Shown here: piece after piece, positions 1 to 8,800 of the stretch
How positions within the stretch are numbered: position 1 is the stretch's first letter
Layout of the letters: every line of letters begins with the position of its first letter
From: Candidatus Dadabacteria bacterium
GTDB taxonomy: Bacteria > Desulfobacterota_D > UBA1144 > Nemesobacterales > Nemesobacteraceae
Direction: 5' to 3'
NCBI GenBank assembly: GCA_022827275.1
Contig: JAJDTG010000022.1
Span: 129,455 to 193,454 of the forward strand
Length of the DNA stretch: 64,000 bases
Notes under the pieces: generated by a model
What the model was told of the DNA's origin: nothing
Databases searched by the model: none
What the model saw: the letters and a program-made list of their open reading frames with translations, nothing else
Made by a program: the position numbers and the translations under genes

Positions 1-1
1 G

Positions 2-544
<543 letters not shown>

Positions 545-632
545 TTCGCATGTATTAACCAAGAGGCCACCATGTCTATTGCTGATTTTCAGACATAAGT
601 CTTTAATCTAGGTAATAATTTATAATTTCCAA

Positions 633-1694
633 ATGAATGATCAGAGCGAGAAAAATTCTGTGAATTTATATGATTATCTTTATGTTGATTTGGAAAAAGT
701 AATTTCTCTATACAGTCAACTAACAGGTGGTGTAGTAGAATTAATAGAAACGCAGTTGGAAAAGGGTTCTGCATTTGAACATAAAGGGAGCCTTGACTTG
801 AAATTGTTTAAATATGGTGCAGGGGGTGCAAAAGAAGAGAAAGAGCAAGACAAGATAACTGTTAAACCACATCATGCCTTATTGCAAGAATTGGAGGAAA
901 AACTTTCTTCTTCAGGCTATTTATTGGACCTAGATAGATTAGGAGATGGAGAAACATTAAAAGACCATAATGTAAGAAGTTCTCTCAAGAAAGTGTTATG
1001 TGTGAAATGTAAAGGCAGAATTGTAATTGAAGATTATGAAAGAATGAAAAGTATTGGCCAAGCTTTTCCTGAAATTGTGAAGCTAATTAGCATGAGCAAC
1101 ATAGAAGCTGTCAAAGGAACCCCTGAATATCAAGAATTTGAGGCGAAAATGAAAGAACTTGAAAATGTTGAGGGAAATAGAAATCAAAAAAGTGCAGGAA
1201 AACAAAAAGCCAAGCGACTTCAGAAAGAACTTGATGAAATGCTTGCGACTTTTTCTGATATAGACAATGTGCCTCAATGGATTCTAGATGGTCTTGGGAC
1301 ATGGATTGATACTTTCCTGCCGAATATAACAAATATTCGCGTTTACCCTTTTCCTGGTCAACATGACGAACATATATTCGGACGTTTAGACGCATCGAAC
1401 TTCACTATATCCGACTCTACTGCATTTCATTTTACTTATGGTTCTTTTCCTACTGAAGAGTTTACTATGCTTGGCATTATCACGTCCGTGCCTTTGGATG
1501 AAGAGGAAACCTTCGTGCCACTAAAGGAGTTTGAGAAGGAGGACTTAGATGATAAGGAAAGCATTGAAAATGGGTTTCGCGGCTTGTTTAAGGGTTTTGA
1601 GGGTTTCGAAGCTATGATAAGGACTTGTCGTTATCCCAGAGTTCTAGTTCATCCTATTTTGATTTATCGAGAGACTTCACCTTGCAAAACTTGA
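633..1694 (+). CDS. Hypothetical protein (353 aa), first gene of the islet; no recognisable catalytic motif
   Basis: A 353-codon ORF in AT-rich DNA is very unlikely by chance. ATG at 633 lies 6 nt after a TATAAT hexamer (621-626). Stop is 29 bp before the GTG of the next gene. Central K/E-rich predicted coiled-coil (EAKMKELENVEGNRNQKSAGKQKAKRLQKELDEM). No TM segment or signal peptide seen. Confidence 0.75.
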   Translation: MNDQSEKNSVNLYDYLYVDLEKVISLYSQLTGGVVELIETQLEKGSAFEHKGSLDLKLFKYGAGGAKEEKEQDKITVKPHHALLQELEEKLSSSGYLLDLDRLGDGETLKDHNVRSSLKKVLCVKCKGRIVIEDYERMKSIGQAFPEIVKLISMSNIEAVKGTPEYQEFEAKMKELENVEGNRNQKSAGKQKAKRLQKELDEMLATFSDIDNVPQWILDGLGTWIDTFLPNITNIRVYPFPGQHDEHIFGRLDASNFTISDSTAFHFTYGSFPTEEFTMLGIITSVPLDEEETFVPLKEFEKEDLDDKESIENGFRGLFKGFEGFEAMIRTCRYPRVLVHPILIYRETSPCKT

Positions 1695-1723
1695 TTGGAT
1701 AAATATTTAAATTTTCTTCAACC

Positions 1724-4700
1724 GTGGATACAAAAAAACCTTTTCGGGGAAGTCTTTTCTCCAACGATTTCTTAAGCCAATCTATAGTCAAACTACCCGA
1801 CTGGAAGAATCTTGATTCCGAGTCAGTAGACAGATTTTACGAATCGCTGAAGGAAATATTCAACAAGTTTCCGGTTTCGGGTAAACCTAACGAAAGCCAG
1901 ACGGAAACCGATCTGGTCTGGCCCATACTGGAATGTTTGGGCTGGATCGCGAGTCTGCGACAGCAGAATCTTGCCGTAAAAGGAAGGCAGGATGTGCCCG
2001 ACGGCCTTCTATTTGCGGACGATGCGGCCAAGGAGCGGGCTAACGGTTTTGCGGAAGAATGGAAACGCTACCAGTTCGGTCTTGCGGTAGTTGAGTGCAA
2101 ACGATGGCTTCGACCGCTCGACCGCTGGTCAGGACTCCCTGATGAGGTGACGGCACCTTCAACGCAGATACTTCGCTATCTTCGACGAGTGGATGATCTG
2201 ACTTCGGGAAAACTCAGGTGGGGCATTCTTACCAATGGCGCGAGATGGCGGCTTTACTACCAGGGCGCCCGGTCGGTTTCCGAGCAGTTTCTGGATATTG
2301 ACCTCGGAAAGATATTGAATATTTACGATCGGGACGATGATTCGCCCGTTCTTTCCGAATCCGAGCGTCGCCACTGGCTTTGCGTGTTCGTTCTGATGTT
2401 CAGGCGCGAGGCCTTTCTTCCCGGCGCTGCTGATCCGCGCACGTTTCACCAGCGCTCTCTTGATGAAAGCAAGTTCTACGAAGAACGCGTCGCGGGCAAT
2501 CTCTCGGAACTGATTTTCGGCAAGGTTTTCCCTGAACTTGCCCGCGCTTTCGCCCTTGCTTCGCCCGGGGCCCCTTTGGACCAGGTGCGCGAGGCTGTCC
2601 TGGTTTTTCTCTACAGGCTTCTTTTCATTCTCTACGCCGAGGACCGCGAGTTGCTGCCCGTGCGCGATACGCGTTACGACGACTATGCCCTGCGGGATAA
2701 AGTGCGGGGGGATGTAGGACGACGCAAGGACGAGAATGATGTTTTTTCCAAAAAAGCGTCGAGATACTGGAATGCCATTGACGATCTCTGTCTCGCTATT
2801 GATCAGGGCGATTCTTCAATAGGGCTGCCGCCATACAACGGTGGCCTTTTTGACAGGGAGAGCACCCCGCTTCTTGAAGAAATCCGGATCGGAGACCAAG
2901 TTGTCGCCGACGTGGTTGATGCCCTTTCCTTTGAACAGACGGAGCATGGACGCCGGTATATCAATTACCGCGACCTCAGCGTCCAGCAGCTCGGGTCCAT
3001 ATATGAACGTCTTCTTGAATACGAACTCGCGCGGGGTGATGGTGAAATAGTCGTTCGCCCGAACATCTTCGCGAGAAAAGAATCGGGAAGCTACTACACT
3101 CCGGACGACCTAGTCGGTTTGATAATAAAGGAGACGATTGAGCCTCTGACGCAGAGATCCATGGATGAGTTTGAGTCCAGAATCGCGGAACTCGCCGAAA
3201 GCGGATTGTCCGAAGATATGAAAATCGGACTTCTGAAGGAAACCGATCCGGCGGAAAAGCTTCTCGAACTGAAAATCTGCGACCCCGCCATGGGTTCAGG
3301 GCATTTCTTGGTCAATCTCGTGGATTTTCTTACCGACAGCGTGATTGCGGCAATGGCCGACGCCGAGGCCGCGGTGGAAAACTATATATCTCCTCTAAAC
3401 GCGCGGATTGACAGGATTCGCAACAGGATTATGGCAAACGCGCAGAAGCGCAAGTGGAGCGTTAATTTCGAGCAGCTTGACGACCGTCACGTAATCAGGC
3501 GGATGGTGCTCAAGCGTTGCGTTTACGGAGTCGACAGAAATCCCATGGCGGTTGAGCTTGCCAAGGTGTCTCTATGGCTCCATACGTTTACGCCCGGGGC
3601 TCCCTTGAGCTTCATTGATCACCACCTGCGCTGCGGAAACAGCCTGTTCGGCATGTGGGTCAGGGATGGGGTGAAAAAGGCCGAGGAGTACGGAGGGCCG
3701 CTTCTGCTTCAAAAACCCATAGCGCGGGCTATTTCGACCGCGGCTCCCATGCAGATAATTGAAGGCCTGACCGATGAGGAGATATCCGAAGCCCACCGTT
3801 CCGCCGACATCTTTGACGGGATCAAGGAAGACACGGCGCCTCTGGATGCTTTTCTCTCGGTTGTGCGTGCCTTTGACTGGCTGAACATCAGGGATCGTGA
3901 CGACAAGAGCGCTCTCTATGCTTTTTTCGAGGGCATACTCGGCGACCCTGTCGACATTTCTCTGGGAGAGTCTGATATACAAAACGGGAAAACGCAGTCG
4001 GAGCGTTTTGCGGGGATTTTTGAAAAAGCGCGGGAACTTATCGAGGAAGAACGTTTTTGCAACTGGCAGGTGATGTTTCCGGCAGTATGGTCGGAGTGGG
4101 AGAGTTGTGGACTGCAGGGGGGTTTTGACGCGGTAATAGGGAATCCGCCTTGGGACCGGGTAAAACTGCAGCAGGTCGAGTGGTTTGCAACTCGCCGTCG
4201 TGAGATTGCCTTGGCGGTCCGGGCCGCCGACCGCAAGCACATGATCGTTGAGTTGGAGGAATCAGGTGACCCGCTAGCCGAAGATTTCAATGTGGCTAAA
4301 GAACGAGCGGAGCATGCGGCCCGTGTTGCCAGAACATGCGGCGATTATCCTTTGCTTTCCAGAGGTGATTTGAATCTCTATTCTCTTTTTGTTGAACGGG
4401 CTATGACTATCGTCAAACCTGATGGGATGGTAGGCCTCCTTACTCCCTCTGGAATTGCCTCTGACAAGACTGCTGCGAAGTTTTTCAAAAAAGTGGCGAC
4501 GGAAGGCAGATTAAAAGTACTCTACGATTTTGAAAACCGACGCACGCGTTTCAAGACCACACCCTTTTTTCCGGATGTGGATAGTCGCTTTAAATTTTGT
4601 GTTTTTGTCGCAAGTCCGTTGCCGATTCCTAGTCCAACTCAATGTGCGTTTTTCTTGCAGGATGTATCCGAACTCGAAGGTCAAGATTGCTGTTTCCCTA

Positions 4701-5809
4701 TGACTGCAGAGGACTTTGCGCAAGTCAATCCAAACACAGGGACTGCGCCGGTTTTTCGGTCTCGTCGGGATGCGGGATTGACGAAGGCAATTTATGAGCG
4801 TTCGCCTGTCCTGGTTGATCGATCCAGCGGTGAGGAAGTGAAAACATGGCCCGTGAAATATGTTCGTATGTTTGATATGAGCAACGACTCTGGTTTTTTT
4901 CGTACTCGCGAGGAACTTGAGGAAAGAGAGGGGGCCTACCCAGTTGGAGGCAACAAATTTGCCAGTCAGCTGGGTGAATGGGTACCGCTCTATGTTGGCC
5001 GCATGATCCATCAATTTGACCACCGAGCGGCTTCGGTGAAAGTGAATCCGGAAAGTCTTCACAATCCGGCGTTGAGTAGAGATATAACGTTAGCACAAAA
5101 AGCAGATCCCGATTTTGTTCCCACACCACAATATTGGGTTCATGCCGATAAAGTGGTTTTTCCAAGCGGTTTAGAGTGGGCCATAGCATTTCGTGACACT
5201 GCGAGGCCAACGGATGTCAGGACGATGATTGCCACTGTCGTTCCGTTCGTCGGATTAGGGAACAAAGCTCCTATTCTAACAGCGGAGGATCTCGAAATTT
5301 ATCGTCAATTTGCATCTTGCTTCACTGCTAATCTTAATACATTGCTTCTTGACTATGTGGTGCGTCAAAAGGTGCATGGTACTAATTTAAACTGGTATAT
5401 CGTTGAACAATTGCCTGTAATTCCTGTGGATCATTATGAAGCTACCCGTTTCGGTCCGAAAACAGCCAAGGAGATCATACGGGAAGCTGTGTTGGAACTC
5501 ACGTATACCGCCCACGATATGGCACCATTTGCCCGCGACATGGGTTATGTCGACCAGAACGGAAAAATAAAACCACCATTTCTGTGGGATGAGGAACGTA
5601 GACTGAATTTACGTGCCAAACTTGACGCAGTATTTTTTCACCTTTACGGAATTACTGACCGCAACGATGTGCGCTATGTTTTTTCCACTTTTCCAATAGT
5701 GGAAGCTCAGGAAATTAAAACTTACGGCACTTACAGGTCCCGTGAACTTTGCCTTGCATATATGAATGCGCTTGAATCAGGAGATCCTGATGCGAAGATA
5801 AGTTTGTGA
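1724..5809 (+). CDS. Type IIG-like fused restriction nuclease / gamma-class N6-adenine DNA methyltransferase (Eco57I / MmeI / PglX-like architecture), 1361 aa
   Basis: N-terminus has PDGLLF...(x)...VVECKRW, a PD-(D/E)xK-like motif (2000-2101). Also LLFILYAEDRELLP, YNGGLFD, SGSYYTPDDLV, DPAMGSGHFLV (motif I, from 3281), YGVDRNPMAVELAKVSLWL and VIGNPPWDRV (motif IV, NPPW at 4142-4153). ~500-aa C-terminal region with no MTase motif, a putative target-recognition part. GTG start; the frame only opens after the TAA at 1700-1702. Confidence 0.85.
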   Translation: MDTKKPFRGSLFSNDFLSQSIVKLPDWKNLDSESVDRFYESLKEIFNKFPVSGKPNESQTETDLVWPILECLGWIASLRQQNLAVKGRQDVPDGLLFADDAAKERANGFAEEWKRYQFGLAVVECKRWLRPLDRWSGLPDEVTAPSTQILRYLRRVDDLTSGKLRWGILTNGARWRLYYQGARSVSEQFLDIDLGKILNIYDRDDDSPVLSESERRHWLCVFVLMFRREAFLPGAADPRTFHQRSLDESKFYEERVAGNLSELIFGKVFPELARAFALASPGAPLDQVREAVLVFLYRLLFILYAEDRELLPVRDTRYDDYALRDKVRGDVGRRKDENDVFSKKASRYWNAIDDLCLAIDQGDSSIGLPPYNGGLFDRESTPLLEEIRIGDQVVADVVDALSFEQTEHGRRYINYRDLSVQQLGSIYERLLEYELARGDGEIVVRPNIFARKESGSYYTPDDLVGLIIKETIEPLTQRSMDEFESRIAELAESGLSEDMKIGLLKETDPAEKLLELKICDPAMGSGHFLVNLVDFLTDSVIAAMADAEAAVENYISPLNARIDRIRNRIMANAQKRKWSVNFEQLDDRHVIRRMVLKRCVYGVDRNPMAVELAKVSLWLHTFTPGAPLSFIDHHLRCGNSLFGMWVRDGVKKAEEYGGPLLLQKPIARAISTAAPMQIIEGLTDEEISEAHRSADIFDGIKEDTAPLDAFLSVVRAFDWLNIRDRDDKSALYAFFEGILGDPVDISLGESDIQNGKTQSERFAGIFEKARELIEEERFCNWQVMFPAVWSEWESCGLQGGFDAVIGNPPWDRVKLQQVEWFATRRREIALAVRAADRKHMIVELEESGDPLAEDFNVAKERAEHAARVARTCGDYPLLSRGDLNLYSLFVERAMTIVKPDGMVGLLTPSGIASDKTAAKFFKKVATEGRLKVLYDFENRRTRFKTTPFFPDVDSRFKFCVFVASPLPIPSPTQCAFFLQDVSELEGQDCCFPMTAEDFAQVNPNTGTAPVFRSRRDAGLTKAIYERSPVLVDRSSGEEVKTWPVKYVRMFDMSNDSGFFRTREELEEREGAYPVGGNKFASQLGEWVPLYVGRMIHQFDHRAASVKVNPESLHNPALSRDITLAQKADPDFVPTPQYWVHADKVVFPSGLEWAIAFRDTARPTDVRTMIATVVPFVGLGNKAPILTAEDLEIYRQFASCFTANLNTLLLDYVVRQKVHGTNLNWYIVEQLPVIPVDHYEATRFGPKTAKEIIREAVLELTYTAHDMAPFARDMGYVDQNGKIKPPFLWDEERRLNLRAKLDAVFFHLYGITDRNDVRYVFSTFPIVEAQEIKTYGTYRSRELCLAYMNALESGDPDAKISL

Positions 5810-5861
5810 GGTATAGATTTTCTGGAAGACGATAGAGTGGTAATGACTGAACATAATAAGG

Positions 5862-8800
5862 TCAATCCACTTGATTGAACCAAGGACCCATGTTGTTGGC
5901 GGTTCTCTGACCCAGAAAGTTTTTCTCAAGCTCTTTTTCCTTTTTATTCAGAGCACGTTTTATGTTCGATCGGTTGAGTTCAACATGAATCATTTTGAGA
6001 TCAGCAAAACTGTTTGAATTTTTTGCAGTATCTTTATCTCGGGATGTATATTTATATGTATCGATGCGACGGTCTGCCGAATGTAAAAACAATGCCCACG
6101 CAGCGTAGGCTTGGGCTGGATCTGGGGCGTCAAGGAATGCTTTCCACCAGTGTTTAGCACATGCCTCAATCCATCTTTGGCGTGCTGATTTCCAACGAAG
6201 GCTAGAATGAATCGTTTTCATTTCTCCCTCTGGCCAAGCACCGACAACTGGCAATTGATTGTTTTGTGTAAAGCCTGCCAAGATAATAGCTCGACGCTGG
6301 CGCCAACTCAATGGCGATGCTTGATCTTCACTGATTAAGGCATCAATCCAGTCGGCTTTGCCGTTGTATGATGCGGCAATTACAATATCAAATAAATCAC
6401 GATCGGTATGACAATTCTTCAATTCTGTTAACTCTTCTTGTAGTGCTGTTACCTCTGGCGAATCCGGCACTCGAAAGACCATATGCAGAAGATCTTCTAC
6501 ATCAGCGGCACCATAATATCGAGTTTCTAAAATCGTACGAAGAATTCGCCACAATTTAACTCCACGTTCAGGGTTGTGGATAAGTAAAGCTTCGCAAAGT
6601 GCAAGAAATGCTCCTTCAGCCAAGAGGATACGATGTATGAATTCAACTGTTGGATTAGATAGGTCGGCCAGCCATTTTTCAACGAAGTCCGAAGCATGAC
6701 AAAGAACAGGCTCAAAGTCCCTGTAATCAAAGTCTTTTAAATAGAGAATGGCGCCTGAACTATGTGCTTTAGGCATGAGAAATTTAGCGGCTCTAATAGC
6801 TTCATTCAACTTTTTGGTTCGAAGCTCGGAGTCGAAAATTTGCCGTAAATTCTCGACTTCGTTTGAAGGTGGTCGTAGCGCAATTGAAAACGAGCCCGGC
6901 GGGGATTTTTTTTTGAACCGGTCGACTGAAATGATTGAACCCGGGTCTAATTTTTTAATATCGTTTGTAATAAGCATCTGGTCCAACTCTTTGGCTGCTA
7001 GCCTTATCTCTCTTTGATTGGATCCACGTCGGCAAGCAACTTTCAAAAGAAGCCATGGTGCCAGTCGAGCTATCAACTTGTCAAAAGAAGAAGATAGCGT
7101 TGCCTCTGTAAGTGCAAGTGTTCCATAATGATTAACCCATAAATCCTTTTTCGGGTGCCAAGACCAATTGTTATTCTCAAGTGTCTTACCAAATCGTTTG
7201 GGGTTGGAGTGGGTCAGTATATTAAACGCAAGTTTACGAAGGTTCTCCTCTTGTCTTGCACAGTTTTCGATCCATGACCATGCGTTATCACTAAGTTTAA
7301 TCTTGGAATCCAACAACAGACTGAGCAGGTTGCATTTCTGTTTATATGAACCATTGGAGTAGCGAGAAATTAATTTGTCAATATCTTCCGATGTTGGAGT
7401 TAAGAGAATTTTAGTGAAATCGCTAGAGATGTATTTCAAATCTGCCTGGATTAACGTATCAAACTGTCCCTGTGCCCGCATATCTAAGACTTCCATAAGT
7501 AAAAGTCTGTTGGCAGTAATTGTTTCTTCATCATCATTGTTACTATAGTTGCTACTCAAACGCAATTTTCGTGCTGCGGTTGCTTCGGCAGTCGCAGTAA
7601 ACACAAAATGGTTTGTTGAACTTAATGCACACCAGTACCGAGACTCTGCTGAACAGGTCTCCATGCTTCTCATTTTTTGTCGTATAATATTTTGGAGAAG
7701 GTTTGAATTGAACCGCGCGAGAACTGGTTCGAGGGATTCAAGAAGAAAATCTTCTTCGGTTCTTGAACGGTGCCGACTCAGTTTCTTGACATCTATATCG
7801 GCTATTGCTTGCTCAACTTTCTTAATGAAGCTTTTAGGTGGTTGAAAGTCAGGGTCAAGCCATAGTTCTTCTGTTCTTTCAACCCGGAATTCTGGTTTTA
7901 TTTCTGTATTGTTGAGTACCGTTTCAGCATGTCGTTTTTCAAGAGGGAATAATTCTTTGCTAGGGTTCGCAAGATAATCTTTCTCGTAGCTGAACGCATG
8001 CAAGGATTCGGGATCAATAGATGCTGCTTTATTATCGTCTTCCTCCTGTCCAGTTAGCCGAAGCAGAAGTGCAGCGATGCGAGACGGAAGGTCTGGATGA
8101 ATGTGTGACTCAGGTTTTTGGCAAAGAACTGATTCTGATAATTTACGTAAAGTTTCTGCCGTCTCGTCGGGGTCAACTTCATTAAGAAGGCAGAGCCACT
8201 TCATGTCATTCCAGATTCTGCTAGTGCTGCGTATTGCAAATTCAATAGCCGCGGCTTTGAAGACTGGCTGAATTTCTGCTAGTGGGAATCCTTCAATAAT
8301 TGAAGGGACTGTAGATCTCAAAAAACTAGGATTATGGTTGACTAGTTCAATTTCTGTTTCTAAGATGTTAGTTCGTCCTGAAGAATCGGTTCCAATCAGT
8401 TTTCTGAAGTGTTCCGAGCGCCATTTTTCACTTTCTTTGTTGGCTTTTGGGTCAAAGTCAAGGGAGACTACGCACAGCCAGAGATACGTGCGTTTGATTA
8501 TAAGCGATAGGATTTCGGTGTTTGTTCTGGGGATTGTTCTCAGTGCTCTAACGGCCCAATTCCGTGCGGACGAGTAAACTCGACTGTTTGAATGCTCAAC
8601 GGCATCAAGTAATGCGTCGGGAAGATTGGATGCTAATCTAACAAGTTCTTTGCGATGCTCGTCAGGTACATTCTGGGTTTGTAGCCATGCCGTAACAAGA
8701 ACTCCGGAAGTTAGTGATTTTTTAGGATGGTCCTGTCCCACTAGAATGGATACTGCTGCACGTAAAATCTCTGCTTTTTTATCAAGACCTGAAATTGGGT

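Noticed and set aside
577-592. Possible direct repeats flanking the defence islet (TATTGCTGATTTTCAG at 577-592 vs TATTGCTTTTTTCTCAG at 10563-10579)
   Set aside because: Only a 7-nt exact core plus T-rich similarity in AT-rich DNA, which is compatible with chance. It is not comparable to the 42-bp repeat at the AbiE insertion.
3572-4290. 222-aa and 124-aa minus-strand ORFs inside the GC-rich part of the nuclease-methyltransferase gene
   Set aside because: They are antisense to a frame that carries consecutive canonical MTase motifs. Long antisense ORFs are expected in GC-rich coding DNA.
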